A DNA stretch of 64,000 nucleotides from assembly GCA_963842815.1 (NCBI GenBank), contig CAWJHU010000001.1, positions 94,497 to 158,496 on the forward strand, read 5' to 3'. The notes under the pieces are model-generated. The model saw only the letters and a list, made by a program, of their open reading frames with translations, had not been told where the DNA came from and searched no databases. The first letter of the stretch is position 1; each line of letters opens with the position of its first letter. This DNA comes from Candidatus Nomurabacteria bacterium. GTDB taxonomy: Bacteria > Patescibacteriota > Minisyncoccia > Phycocordibacterales > UBA9973. A program made the translations under genes and the position numbers. Positions 45,534 to 56,096 of the stretch are shown one piece after another.

Positions 45534-46247
45534 ATGATTGAAGTAAAAAATATCACAAAAGTATATAAAACGGGCGATGTTGAATTTCAGGCTCTTGCCG
45601 GAGTAAGTTTTGTCATAAAAGACGGAGAGTTTGTGGCCATCATGGGTCCGTCCGGGTCCGGAAAATCAACTTTGATGCATATCCTGGGCGCCCTGGACAG
45701 TCCCACCAGCGGAATATATTTTTTGGACGGAAAAGATGTTTCCACTTTGTCCGACGATGAACTTGCGGACATCCGAAAAGACAAAATCGGTTTCGTGTTT
45801 CAATCATTTAATTTATTGCCCCGAACAACAGTGCTTCGCAACGTAATCCTCCCGCTTGTTTATGATGGTATAGATAAAAATGAAAGAGAAAAAAGGGCAA
45901 AAAAATCATTATTTTTGGCCGGACTTGATGAAGAGCATTTTCACAATCTTTCCAATCAGCTTTCCGGCGGACAGATTCAGCGGGTGGCCATAGCTCGGGC
46001 TCTGGTAAACGAACCATCTCTTATTTTAGCGGACGAACCCACAGGAAATCTTGATTCTAAAACAAGCGAAATTGTTCTGGGCACTTTTCAAAAACTAAAC
46101 AAAGAGCTCGGACGCACCATCGTGCTCATTACCCATGAACAAGACATTGCCGAGCATGCTGACAGAATTCTTTTTATCAAGGACGGCCTTTTGCTTGAAG
46201 ACCGCACCACTCATGTTAAAAGAATAGCCAATCAAAATTTAAAATAA
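45534..46247 (+). CDS. ABC transporter ATP-binding protein (MacB/LolD-like)
   Basis: GPSGSGKST (Walker A), LSGGQIQRVAIARAL (signature) and ILADEPTGNLD (Walker B). Confidence 0.9.
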   Translation: MIEVKNITKVYKTGDVEFQALAGVSFVIKDGEFVAIMGPSGSGKSTLMHILGALDSPTSGIYFLDGKDVSTLSDDELADIRKDKIGFVFQSFNLLPRTTVLRNVILPLVYDGIDKNEREKRAKKSLFLAGLDEEHFHNLSNQLSGGQIQRVAIARALVNEPSLILADEPTGNLDSKTSEIVLGTFQKLNKELGRTIVLITHEQDIAEHADRILFIKDGLLLEDRTTHVKRIANQNLK

Positions 46248-46251
46248 ATAT

Positions 46252-47475
46252 ATGAAAACTTACGACATTTTACATGAAACATTTTCTTCTTTGACCGCCA
46301 ATAAAGCCAGGTCCGGACTTACCATGCTTGGTATTATTATAGGCATCGCCTCGGTGATTGCCATGACTGCCATCGGCCAAGGGGCGCAAAATTCCATATC
46401 ATCCAGCATTCAATCAATCGGAGCAAATTTGGTTATGGTTATGCCCGGAGCTGCCCGCACTTTTGGCGGACCGAGCGGGGGCCGCGGAGGAGCACAGTCC
46501 CTCACGGTGGAAGATGCCGACGCAATTTCTTCGCAGGTTTCAAACGTGGCCGGAGTGGTACGCGAAGTATCTTCCCGCAAGCAGGTGGTGGCCACCGGAA
46601 CAAATACGAACACAAGCATTATCGGCACAGAACCTTCCTATGAAACGGTTAGAAATGTTTCCATTGACGAAGGAAATTTTATATCGGACCAAAACGTATC
46701 CAATGGAGCGAAGGTGGCCGTGTTGGGGCCGACCACTAGAGATGATTTGTTTGGTGTGGGCGCCACAGGAGTGGTTGGACAAAAAATCCGCATAGCCGGC
46801 ATAGAATACAATGTAATCGGAATAACTTTATCCAAGGGCGGTTCCGGTTTTAGCAACGCCGATGATGTAATTTATATTCCCTACACCACTGCCCAACGAT
46901 ATCTTACCGGAAATAAATATTTAAGCGAGATTGATGTTTCGGCGCAAAGTTCCGATGTCTCGGCACAGGTACAAGCTGACATAACCACATTGCTGACCCA
47001 GAGGCATAATATTACGGACCCGACAAAAGTTGATTTTAATACGCTCAATCAAGCCGATATCATAGCAACCGCTTCAAGTGTTACCAGCACTTTCACCACG
47101 TTGCTTGCCGCCGTAGCCGGCATTTCCCTTCTGGTGGGCGGAATCGGCATTATGAATATGATGCTTACCACCGTTACCGAACGCACCAGGGAAATAGGTT
47201 TGCGAAAAGCCATCGGCGCAAAAAAACGCGACATTAACACACAATTTTTGACGGAAGCGATTCTGCTTACTTTTACCGGAGGATTTATCGGAGTAGTTCT
47301 GGGATGGCTCATATCATTCGGCGTGGGATATTTTAATATTCTACAGGCTTCTGTTTCTCTGTCTTCTATTATTCTTGCTTTCGGAGTATCAGCCCTTATC
47401 GGTATTATTTTCGGTTATTATCCTGCCCGTCGAGCAGCCAACTTAAATCCGATAGATGCTTTGAGATACGAATAG
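46252..47475 (+). CDS. ABC transporter permease, FtsX/MacB-like
   Basis: N-terminal TM helix, a large periplasmic domain, then a C-terminal 3-TM FtsX domain (REIGLRKAIGAKKRDI). Confidence 0.85.
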   Translation: MKTYDILHETFSSLTANKARSGLTMLGIIIGIASVIAMTAIGQGAQNSISSSIQSIGANLVMVMPGAARTFGGPSGGRGGAQSLTVEDADAISSQVSNVAGVVREVSSRKQVVATGTNTNTSIIGTEPSYETVRNVSIDEGNFISDQNVSNGAKVAVLGPTTRDDLFGVGATGVVGQKIRIAGIEYNVIGITLSKGGSGFSNADDVIYIPYTTAQRYLTGNKYLSEIDVSAQSSDVSAQVQADITTLLTQRHNITDPTKVDFNTLNQADIIATASSVTSTFTTLLAAVAGISLLVGGIGIMNMMLTTVTERTREIGLRKAIGAKKRDINTQFLTEAILLTFTGGFIGVVLGWLISFGVGYFNILQASVSLSSIILAFGVSALIGIIFGYYPARRAANLNPIDALRYE

Positions 47476-47479
47476 CTGA

Positions 47480-47965
47480 ATGCCGAGAAAAAATTTATTA
47501 TTAATTAACAAAAATAAAATTATGAGTAAAAATAAAAAAATTGTTTTCATAGTGGTGGGTATTATAGTTCTAGTGGGAGTGTTTTTTATAGGTATGTCTT
47601 TCGGGAAAAGCCAAACAACAGCCGGCGGAGCAAATCGAACCGGCCAATTTAGCGGAATGAACAGAAATAACAGAACAGCCGGCGGAGGATTTGTCTCCGG
47701 GCAAATTATTTCCAAGGATGCCAACAGCATCACCGTGCAAATTATGAACGGAGACCCGACTGCAACCAATACTTCAACCGGGTCAAAAATTATTTTCCTT
47801 GATACGAGTACGGCGATTTCAAAAATGGCTACCGGGTCCTTGAACGACTTGGCAACCGGCACAGAAGTTTCAGTTACCGGCACCACAAATGCCGATGGAA
47901 GTATCACTGCAAAATCCATTCAGATAAGACCTCAAATAAAACCGGGTATGCCAGCTCAGCAATAA
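47480..47965 (+). CDS. Membrane-anchored DUF5666-like protein
   Basis: See 43302..43805; ends TEVSVTGTTNADGSITAKSIQIR. Confidence 0.45.
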   Translation: MPRKNLLLINKNKIMSKNKKIVFIVVGIIVLVGVFFIGMSFGKSQTTAGGANRTGQFSGMNRNNRTAGGGFVSGQIISKDANSITVQIMNGDPTATNTSTGSKIIFLDTSTAISKMATGSLNDLATGTEVSVTGTTNADGSITAKSIQIRPQIKPGMPAQQ

Positions 47966-47999
47966 AAATTAGAGTTAAAAAGTTGTTTTTTCTAAAAAG

Positions 48000-48040
48000 T
48001 CAGCCCCGCCAGCTAAAAAACGGCGGGGTTGACTTTTTTG
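48000..48040 (+). terminator. Rho-independent terminator
   Basis: GTCAGCCCCGCC...GGCGGGGTTGAC stem followed by TTTTTT. Confidence 0.6.
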
Positions 48041-48106
48041 CACGAAATGATATACTGATAGCAGAAAATTATTAATTCTTGTTCATCAAAATGAAAGGGT
48101 TGGTAT

Positions 48107-48853
48107 ATGAAAAATGTCTTTGTTTTGTTGATGTTTTTGGGGATAACACAGTGTTTGTGTTTCACCCAAGAAGAAATAAGGAAACAAAATATGTGGGTGA
48201 CCAAAGATTCTTGTGTTAACGCATATGGATCAAATGCGTATATTTTTTATCAATCAAAAGATTTCCGCAACAAAAGGAAAAACCCCGCAAACGGGAAAGA
48301 TCGAGTGGTAGCTCCCACCACTGAAAATTATGGATTCGAAATGATAACAACCAGCGGTCGCCGGTTTGTAATACTTGAAGCCGGAACTATGTTGCGTTGG
48401 CAAAAACAAAAGGATAATACTTTTATGCCTTATGCAAAAGATGATTGTGGAAACAAAATTTTTTCATATTTTTCACTGACAAATAAGCCGGGGGAAATGG
48501 TAAAAAAAGAAGTTCCTGCAAAAAAATCAAGTGCTCCCCTATTTTCCCATTTTCGGATTCCTGAATCAAAAAATTTTCATAGGGAAAATTTTCACCGAAA
48601 GGAAATAGCTGAGATTAAATCTTTTTCCCCCACCCCGTATATTATTGGAGGGTTGATTGTTGGCGGGATAGTCTATGCTGTTTTAAGTAGTCGTCATCAC
48701 AACAATAACGACTATCAAAATTATTATTCGCCAACTCCACAAGGCCCTGGAGTTATTACTGGGCCAGCAGGCCCCGGAGTAAATACTGGGAGTGCAACAA
48801 AAATATCTCCCAGACCCATCCCCATTTCGGTGGGGATTAGAATAGGTTTTTAA
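48107..48853 (+). CDS. Hypothetical protein with a signal peptide and a C-terminal TM helix
   Basis: 248-aa ORF; hydrophobic at the N-terminus and near the C-terminus. Confidence 0.4.
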   Translation: MKNVFVLLMFLGITQCLCFTQEEIRKQNMWVTKDSCVNAYGSNAYIFYQSKDFRNKRKNPANGKDRVVAPTTENYGFEMITTSGRRFVILEAGTMLRWQKQKDNTFMPYAKDDCGNKIFSYFSLTNKPGEMVKKEVPAKKSSAPLFSHFRIPESKNFHRENFHRKEIAEIKSFSPTPYIIGGLIVGGIVYAVLSSRHHNNNDYQNYYSPTPQGPGVITGPAGPGVNTGSATKISPRPIPISVGIRIGF

Positions 48854-49008
48854 TTTTTAGAGAAGAGTATAGAAAGAAATTTTTAACTCTTCTCTACTCT
48901 TCAAAGCTATGAATACAAAAAATAAGCGCTTGTATCCATATTTTTGAAGAGTAAAAGTTATTTTTACTTTTAATTTTAAAAAATTTTAACAATTTATAAG
49001 AAAAAATT

Positions 49009-52000
49009 ATGAGCACAAAAACAAAATTATTTATAGTCAGTTTGATAACCCTTTGGGGAATTTTTGCCAGCGGGAGCCTGGCTCTTGCCCAAACCGTTGT
49101 TCCAACCTGCAACAGCGCCACAATTTATGGAACGGTCACAACAAATGGCAATCCGACCGACGCTTGGTTTGAATGGGGTCCTACCCAGTCTCTTGGCAAT
49201 TCAACAGCGCACCAAACTTTTTATTCGGATTCAAATTTTAGCCAATCAATTTCCGGCCTTGCCCAAAATACTACCTACTATTACAGAGCAATGGCTTCAA
49301 ATGTTTATGGAACTGCCGTTGGCACTATAAAATATTTCACAACATCTACGTGTTCCGTTACCCCCATAACCAATCCAACCGCTAGTTTAACCGCCGATAA
49401 TACAAATTTGACTTACAACGGTTCCACTTATTTGCATTGGTCATCCACCAACGCTACTTCCTGTGTAGGAACAGGTTTCAATACCAACAACACTACTTCC
49501 GGAAACTATTACACAGGGGCTTTAACCAACACCACAACCTACGGTATCACCTGTTATGGCGGAACCAGTACAACTCCTGCCTATTCTTCGGTAACGGTCA
49601 TCGTAAACCAACCTGTTGTAAATCCTCCAACTGTCACTTTAACAGCGGACAATCAGAATGTTCCCTATGATGGTTCAACATATATTCACTGGACACCTAC
49701 CAATGCCACTTCCTGCACCGGAAGCGGTGGAGCAAATGGATGGTCGGGAACAAAAAGTATTACCGGTGGAAGTTTTTATACCGGCGCTTTAACTTATACG
49801 GCAACCTACAATATCAATTGTACAAACAGCGCCGGGCAAGCAAATGCTTCGGTAACGGTAAATGTGCCCAGCCAATCCATAATGTCCGGAACTCTTGCCT
49901 TAAATCCATCTTCTTGCATCATTCAATCCGGAAGCGGAACTTGTAGCTCAATTCTTTCCTGGAGCACTACTAATCCGCAGGGAACTTCTGTTGTTACTTC
50001 TTCTTATCCCAGCAGCAACACACCCGTTGCCACGGGAAATTCGGGTAGCCAGTCGGTAGCTATTCCATATAGTTCCAGGTCATTTTATCTTTACAATAAT
50101 AATATTCTTCTTGACCAAAAAACGGCGACATCCAGCTGCGCCTCCAATACTTCTTGGAATGGCAGTATCTGCGCGCCTTCCACTTCGCAAAATCCAACCG
50201 TCAGTTTGACGGCGGACAATCAAAATGTTTCCTATGGCGGTTCAACTTATCTTCATTGGTCATCTGCCAATACTACTTCCTGCGTGGGAACAAATTTTAA
50301 TACCAACAGCGCCACTTCCGGAAGTTATTACACCGGCGCTTTAACTAACACAACTACCTATAGTATTATTTGTTACAACACAAATGCTATTGGCAATCCT
50401 TCCATCAGCGACTCGGTAACCATCACGGTAGGAGGCCAGCCCGTTTCAAATCCAACCGTCAGTTTGACGGCGGATAATCAAAATGTTTCCTATAATAGCG
50501 CCACATATCTTCGTTGGTCATCCACTAATGCGACATCCTGTGTTTCAAACGGCGGAAATTGGAACGGCAATCAGGCTTTGTCCGGAAATTTTTACACCGG
50601 AATTTTACTTAACACCACAACCTACAACATAACCTGCACGAACGGCAATGGTTCAGCCACCGCTTCCACAACAGTTACAGTTGACAATCAACCTTCTTCA
50701 AATCCAACGGTCACTTTAACGGCAATCAATCAAAATGTTTCCTACAATGGTTCAACATATATTCATTGGACATCCACCAGCGCAACTTCCTGCGTAGGGA
50801 CAGGATTCAACACAAGCGGAGCAATTTCCGGAAGTTATTATACCGGCGCCCTAACCAACACTATGAATTACGGCATTATTTGTTACGGAGCCAATGGCAC
50901 TTCAGCCAACGCTTCCACAACCGTCGTTGTTGGGAATCAGCCATACGGAAACATAAATATCACCACAAATGGAGCCACCAATGTGGGCACCAGCTATGCA
51001 ACTCTTAATGGTTTTGTCAGTTCCAATGGCACCATTAGTGTAAATGCCTGGTTTGAATGGGGAACGAGTTCATCCTTCGGCAATCAAACAAATCAAATAA
51101 ATTATGGCATGACCAGCGGCACCAGTTACAACTATTATTTAAGCGGCCTCATGCAAAATACAACTTACTATTATCGAGCGGTGGCCCAGGGCAATGACGG
51201 TCAAATCGCTTACGGCAATTCAATGTCTTTTACAACCACAAATGATTACAGCGGATGTACTTACAATTGTTATTCGGGTCAGCCCATGGTGACCACCTAT
51301 TCCGCTACCACAACCAGCACCACCAGCGCTATTTTGAATGGCTTCGTTGACCCAAACGGTTCTTCCGCCACAAGGTGGTTTGAGTGGGGCAATTCTTACA
51401 GTTATTTATACACTTCAACAAATAAAACATATCAGGGGTCCTATGCAAGCAACTTCAGTGAATCAATATACAATCTTGTACCCAATACCATTTATTATTA
51501 TCGGGCAGCGGCTCAGGGCAGTAATGGAGTAATTATTTATGGCAACACTTTGACTTTTACCACTTCTTATTCCGGCGGTATATATAACTATAACAATGTC
51601 TGCGATTCCTACGGCGGCGGTTATTACGGTTATGGTACCTGTACTCCGACAGCTACCACCACTCTTGCCACAAATATTGGACAATCCAGCGCCAGATTGG
51701 GCGGCCTCGGCTTGGTAAACGGTAATATTTACACTTCCGGATATTTTGAGTACGGAACATCTCAGGCGTTTGGAAGCACAACCACCACCATGAGCATAGG
51801 TACTGCTTCATCCAATCCATTTTTCGCAGATGTATATAATCTCGCATCCGGCACCACCTATTATTACCGAGCAGTAGTTACGAATCAATATGGAAGTTCC
51901 TACGGAGATACTTTGAATTTCACCACTCTCAGTCCGACTTATGTTAATTCAAATCCGGGACCTGTTTATACAAAGACAACGGTCGTTACGAATACGAGTA

Positions 52001-52584
52001 CTGCCGGTACCGCGGTAAATTCAAAATCATCTTTGGCGCTACTTTCTGTCAGCCGGGATGGTGAAAATATAACCAAAGGAGACACCGTTGAATATGTAAT
52101 TAATTATAAAAATGTTTCCTCAAAAAATCTTAAAAATGTTGTTCTGCAGGTTGCTATTCCCAAAGAACTGGAATTCGTAGAAACAAACAGGGGTTATTTT
52201 TCCACGGACAACGGCACGGTGATAGCCAATATCGGCGGTCTTAATTCCCAAGAAGAAGGAAGTGTAAGCATTAGAATAAAAGTAACAACCGATGCCCAAA
52301 CAGGAAAGATTGTTGTGATCACAGCGAATCTGGCCTACACAAGAACCGACAATAATACCCAGGAAGAAGTTTTCGCCTATGCTAAAAATACCGTTCAGGA
52401 TTCGGGAGCAGTTCAACAGGGAGCCTTGGCTTTCTTGTTCGGAAACGGTTTCTTGCCAACAACTCTGATTGGCTGGCTTCTGCTTATTTTATTGCTTACT
52501 TTGGTTGTTCTCGCCGTAAAAAAAGCATACTCTGAAGCCAACTTTGTTTTAGCTCCCAAAAGTTCAACAAAGAGCCATAGCTAA
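49009..52584 (+). CDS. Large cell-surface protein: signal peptide, five tandem domain repeats of about 86 aa, FN3-like modules, a DUF11/CARDB-like domain and a C-terminal TM anchor
   Basis: Repeats T(V/A)SLTADNQNV(S/P)Y(N/G)GSTY(L/I)HW(S/T)STNATSC(V/T)GTGFNT...YYTGALTNTTTY(N/G)I(T/I)CY; WFEWG...YYYRA motifs; C-terminal LLGWLLLILLLTLVVLAV. Confidence 0.6.
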   Translation: MSTKTKLFIVSLITLWGIFASGSLALAQTVVPTCNSATIYGTVTTNGNPTDAWFEWGPTQSLGNSTAHQTFYSDSNFSQSISGLAQNTTYYYRAMASNVYGTAVGTIKYFTTSTCSVTPITNPTASLTADNTNLTYNGSTYLHWSSTNATSCVGTGFNTNNTTSGNYYTGALTNTTTYGITCYGGTSTTPAYSSVTVIVNQPVVNPPTVTLTADNQNVPYDGSTYIHWTPTNATSCTGSGGANGWSGTKSITGGSFYTGALTYTATYNINCTNSAGQANASVTVNVPSQSIMSGTLALNPSSCIIQSGSGTCSSILSWSTTNPQGTSVVTSSYPSSNTPVATGNSGSQSVAIPYSSRSFYLYNNNILLDQKTATSSCASNTSWNGSICAPSTSQNPTVSLTADNQNVSYGGSTYLHWSSANTTSCVGTNFNTNSATSGSYYTGALTNTTTYSIICYNTNAIGNPSISDSVTITVGGQPVSNPTVSLTADNQNVSYNSATYLRWSSTNATSCVSNGGNWNGNQALSGNFYTGILLNTTTYNITCTNGNGSATASTTVTVDNQPSSNPTVTLTAINQNVSYNGSTYIHWTSTSATSCVGTGFNTSGAISGSYYTGALTNTMNYGIICYGANGTSANASTTVVVGNQPYGNINITTNGATNVGTSYATLNGFVSSNGTISVNAWFEWGTSSSFGNQTNQINYGMTSGTSYNYYLSGLMQNTTYYYRAVAQGNDGQIAYGNSMSFTTTNDYSGCTYNCYSGQPMVTTYSATTTSTTSAILNGFVDPNGSSATRWFEWGNSYSYLYTSTNKTYQGSYASNFSESIYNLVPNTIYYYRAAAQGSNGVIIYGNTLTFTTSYSGGIYNYNNVCDSYGGGYYGYGTCTPTATTTLATNIGQSSARLGGLGLVNGNIYTSGYFEYGTSQAFGSTTTTMSIGTASSNPFFADVYNLASGTTYYYRAVVTNQYGSSYGDTLNFTTLSPTYVNSNPGPVYTKTTVVTNTSTAGTAVNSKSSLALLSVSRDGENITKGDTVEYVINYKNVSSKNLKNVVLQVAIPKELEFVETNRGYFSTDNGTVIANIGGLNSQEEGSVSIRIKVTTDAQTGKIVVITANLAYTRTDNNTQEEVFAYAKNTVQDSGAVQQGALAFLFGNGFLPTTLIGWLLLILLLTLVVLAVKKAYSEANFVLAPKSSTKSHS

Positions 52585-53237
52585 TGGAAAATCTATATCC
52601 GATGAGGATAAATAAATACCTAGCTCTTAAAAAAATCTCCACCAGGAGAGGGGCAGATGAATTGGTAGAAAAAAAGAAAGTTTTTATCAATGGCAAATTG
52701 GCAATTCTCGGCAGCAAAGTGAAGGAAAATGACGTGGTAGAAATAAAAGGAGCGGAAAAGAAAAAATATATTTATTTCGCTTACAATAAACCCATAGGAA
52801 TTGAAACCGGCTCTCCCAGAGAAGGATTGTTCCCTCTGGGAAGATTGGATAAGGCTTCCCATGGACTCATGATTTTAACCAACGATGGACGTATTACGGA
52901 CCAATTGTTAAATCCAAAATATTTTCATGAAAAAGAATATGTGGTTAAAACTCTGAATAAATTACGTTCAAATTTCAAACAAAAAATGGAAGCCGGAGTA
53001 AATATTGAAGGCTACCTGACAAAAAAATGCAAGATAAAAATCCTGGATGATTTTACTTTCAGAATAGTGTTAACCGAAGGTAAAAAACACCAAATCCGCA
53101 GAATGTGTTCAAATTTATTCCAAGAAGTGGCTGATTTAAAACGGGAAAGAATTATGAATATAAAATTGGGTAATTTGAAGCCCGGTGCTTTGCGAGAAAT
53201 AAAAGGCGATGAATTGGCCACCTTGTTGACAAATTGA
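52584..53237 (+). CDS. RsuA/RluB-family pseudouridine synthase with an N-terminal S4 domain
   Basis: MRINKYLALKKISTRRGADELVEKKKVFING is an S4 domain; GRLDKASHGLMILTNDG carries the catalytic Asp. Confidence 0.8.
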   Translation: MENLYPMRINKYLALKKISTRRGADELVEKKKVFINGKLAILGSKVKENDVVEIKGAEKKKYIYFAYNKPIGIETGSPREGLFPLGRLDKASHGLMILTNDGRITDQLLNPKYFHEKEYVVKTLNKLRSNFKQKMEAGVNIEGYLTKKCKIKILDDFTFRIVLTEGKKHQIRRMCSNLFQEVADLKRERIMNIKLGNLKPGALREIKGDELATLLTN

Positions 53238-53333
53238 TTACAATATACTATACTTATAGGACAAAGTAGGTGCGAAAAGAGTCGATTTCTAAAGCAATCT
53301 TAATTTGTATTTAACAACTTAATTAAAAAATCA

Positions 53334-53531
53334 ATGACTGGTACAATAAAAAGACTCACTGATAAAGGTTTCGGTTTCATCACCGGAGAAGGCCTACAGA
53401 AAGATTTATTCTTTCATAGTAATTCTCTCGTCGGCGTAAGCTTTGACGAATTGCATGAAGGCGATGCTGTTTCTTTTGAAACAGAGCAATCCCCAAAAGG
53501 ATTGAATGCGGTAAACGTTCAGCGCGCATAA
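53334..53531 (+). CDS. Cold-shock protein (CspA family)
   Basis: MTGTIKRLTDKGFGFITGEG...FFHSNSL matches RNP1/RNP2. Confidence 0.9.
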   Translation: MTGTIKRLTDKGFGFITGEGLQKDLFFHSNSLVGVSFDELHEGDAVSFETEQSPKGLNAVNVQRA

Positions 53532-53547
53532 TAACCTTTCCATTAAA

Positions 53548-53575
53548 AAAGCCCCCGCTTGGGGGCTTTTTTAAT
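53548..53575 (+). terminator. Rho-independent terminator after csp
   Basis: AAAAGCCCCCGCTTGGGGGCTTTTTT. Confidence 0.65.
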
Positions 53576-53650
53576 TTTATGATATAATTCTCCCGTGTCT
53601 AATATTATTGAGGTAAAAAATTTAAAAAAGCATTTGATGATTTTGTCGCC

Positions 53651-54399
53651 GTGGATAATATTTCCTTTGAAGTCAAAACAGGGGAAATTTTTGCTTTTTT
53701 GGGGCCAAATGGCGCCGGGAAATCCACCACCATAAAAATGCTGACTACTCTGCTTCATCCGACTTCCGGCGACATACAATTAAATGGCAATAATCCTGTA
53801 AACAATCCTAACGCGGTGCGCCATTCATTCGGCATTGTTTTTCAGGATCCGAGTTTGGATGATGAATTGACCGCTTGGGAAAATTTGGAATTTCACGGAG
53901 TGCTTTACAACATACCCAAGGCCATGCGCCGAAAGCGAATTGAAGAATTGATGAATTTTGTGGAATTGTGGGATAGAAAAGACAATTTGGTTAAAGAATT
54001 TTCCGGCGGAATGAAACGCCGTTTGGAAATAGCCCGCGGTCTTTTGCATCACCCAAAAATTTTGTTCTTGGATGAACCGACCCTAGGGATTGGACCCGCA
54101 AACCAGAAACCATATGTGGACATATTTGGAAGAACTGAATAAAAGCGAAGGCATAACGGTTTTTTTTACCACTCATTATATGGAAGAAGCCAGCCGTATT
54201 GCGCAACGTATTGCCATTATTGACCACGGAAAAATTATTGCCACCGGAACTTCCAGATGAACTTCAAGCTAAAACGGGGACCGCTTCCCTGGAAGAAGCA
54301 TTTTTAAAATTTACCGGCAATGTCATCCGCGACGAAGGGGCCAGTTCCACCGACCGTCTCCGGGCGCACAGGCATTGGCGGGGCGGAGGAAGAAGATAA
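53651..54399 (+). pseudogene. ABC transporter ATP-binding gene disrupted by two frameshifts (around 54084-54092 and 54250-54256)
   Basis: Frame a: GPNGAGKSTTIKML...FSGGMKRRLEIARGLL...LDEPTLG. Frame b, after a shift near [61 protein letters not shown]. Frame c: PDELQAKTGTASLEEAFLKFTG. Confidence 0.6.
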
Positions 54400-54421
54400 T
54401 AAATAATAATTTAAAATTTTT

Positions 54422-55168
54422 ATGAAAACTATTTACATCATGTGGCTTCGGGAAATCAAACGCTATCTGCGTTCCAAATCCAGAATTATCGGTTCGCTGG
54501 GCCAGCCGCTTCTTTTTTTGCTGGCCTTGGGTTATGGATTGGGGTCGGTATTCCAAAAAGCCGGCCAAGGAAATTACATTGATTTTTTAGCTCCGGGTAT
54601 CGTCGGTATGAGTATTATTTTTACTTCTATTTTTTCCGGTATTCAGGTTATTTAGGACCGCCAGTTCGGATTTTTAAAAGAAACCATGGTTGCCCCGGTA
54701 TCGCGTTTTAACATTATGATCGGCAGAACTTTAGGCGGAGCAACCGTGGCTACCATTCAAGGAATCATAGTTTTATTGCTGGCTTTAATCCCCGGCTTTC
54801 GCCCCCAAAATTGGTTTATGATTTTCCCTTTAATTTTGGTAATGCTTTTGGTTGGGACAATGTTCACGGCTCTGGGCACAGCCATCGCATCCCAGCTTGA
54901 AGATATGCAAGGCTTCCAATTGATTATGAACTTTTTAGTCATGCCATTATTCTTTTTATCCGGCGCGATATTTCCTCTCTCGGGACTTCCGCCGGTTTTG
55001 ATTACCATTACAAAATTTGATCCATTGTCCTATGGCATAGATGCGTTTAGAGTTATCTTGTCCAATTCCGGACACTACAGTTTGACCTTGGACATATCCA
55101 TCTTGGCAGTAATTACTTTAGTATTTTTATCTATCGGAAGTTATTTGTTCTCCAAAGTACAAATATAA
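54422..55168 (+). pseudogene. ABC-2-type permease interrupted by an in-frame TAG at 54653-54655
   Basis: ...GIQVI(TAG)DRQFGFLKETMVAPVSRFNIMIGRTL is continuous across the stop; the two ORFs (54422..54655 and 54686..55168) are the two halves of a single permease. Confidence 0.55.
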
Positions 55169-55169
55169 A

Positions 55170-55193
55170 ACGGACGCCAAGCGTCCGTTTTTT
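55170..55193. terminator. Bidirectional terminator between the permease and rpsT
   Basis: ACGGACGC-CAA-GCGTCCGT followed by TTTTTTT. Confidence 0.6.
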
Positions 55194-55444
55194 TATTTAA
55201 CTAGTCTTGCTAAACGGGATTTCTTGCGGGCAGCATTGTTTTTCTTAATAACGCCATTCTTGGCTGCTTTATCTATAATAGCAAAAGCGGGACTCAATAA
55301 TTTAACTGCCTTTCCCTTATCCGTTTTGGCGGTTTTTTCAATCTTTTTGATTACATCTTTCATGGCATGCTTTTGGCGGTCATTAAAGGCTTTCTTTCGC
55401 AGAGAACCGCGAATTGCTTTTTTAGCTGATTTTATTATAGGCAT
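55193..55444 (-). CDS. rpsT: 30S ribosomal protein S20
   Basis: MPIIKSAKKAIRGSLRKKAFNDRQKH... is a typical S20 N-terminus. Confidence 0.85.
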   Translation of the reverse strand: MPIIKSAKKAIRGSLRKKAFNDRQKHAMKDVIKKIEKTAKTDKGKAVKLLSPAFAIIDKAAKNGVIKKNNAARKKSRLARLVK

Positions 55445-55527
55445 CTATGTAATCTAACAGAAAATTTTATAAAATGCAAATTAAATTCGGATGAAACTCT
55501 AACTTTTTTATATGCTATAATTAGACT

Positions 55528-56094
55528 ATGATTGGAAGTATAAAGGGAAAAATAATTCTAAAAACCGACAAGTTTTTGATAGTGGAAACGGGCGGGGTGG
55601 GCTATAAAATAAGCGTATCGCCGGACACATTATCTAAATTAAAGAAAACAAACGAGGAAGTTTTTCTGTGGATCCATACCCATGTGCGCGAAGATATATT
55701 AGATCTTTATGGATTTCTGGACCGCCAAGAGTTGGACTTTTTTGAAATGCTCATAAATGTTTCAGGCATTGGGCCTAAAGGAGCCCTTAGTATTTTAGGT
55801 GTTGCTTCCATTGAAACACTAAAAAAGGCCATCGGCACCGGGGACACGGCCTATCTTACGAAAATTTCCGGTATTGGCAGAAAAACTGCTGAAAAAATAG
55901 TGATTGAACTTAGAGATAAAATGGGTGAAGAAAAAACCGGCTCTTCCCTGCAGGGAGAATTGGATGCTTTGGAAGCATTGAAGTCTCTCGGCTATTCTCA
56001 AAATGAAGCCCGCGAAGCCTTGAAGAAAGTTTCTCCCGAGGCAAATACAAATATCAAAATCCGCGAAGCGCTAAAAATATTATCTAGTAAATAA
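55528..56094 (+). CDS. ruvA: Holliday-junction branch-migration protein RuvA
   Basis: MIGSIKGKIILKTDKFLIVETGGVGYKISVS...LINVSGIGPKGALSIL (HhH motif). Confidence 0.9.
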   Translation: MIGSIKGKIILKTDKFLIVETGGVGYKISVSPDTLSKLKKTNEEVFLWIHTHVREDILDLYGFLDRQELDFFEMLINVSGIGPKGALSILGVASIETLKKAIGTGDTAYLTKISGIGRKTAEKIVIELRDKMGEEKTGSSLQGELDALEALKSLGYSQNEAREALKKVSPEANTNIKIREALKILSSK

Positions 56095-56096
56095 TC

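Noticed and set aside
49009-52584. Possible CRISPR-like or tandem DNA repeat
   Set aside because: The repeats are in-frame protein domain repeats of about 260 bp with no spacer-repeat architecture; no CRISPR array was found anywhere in the window.
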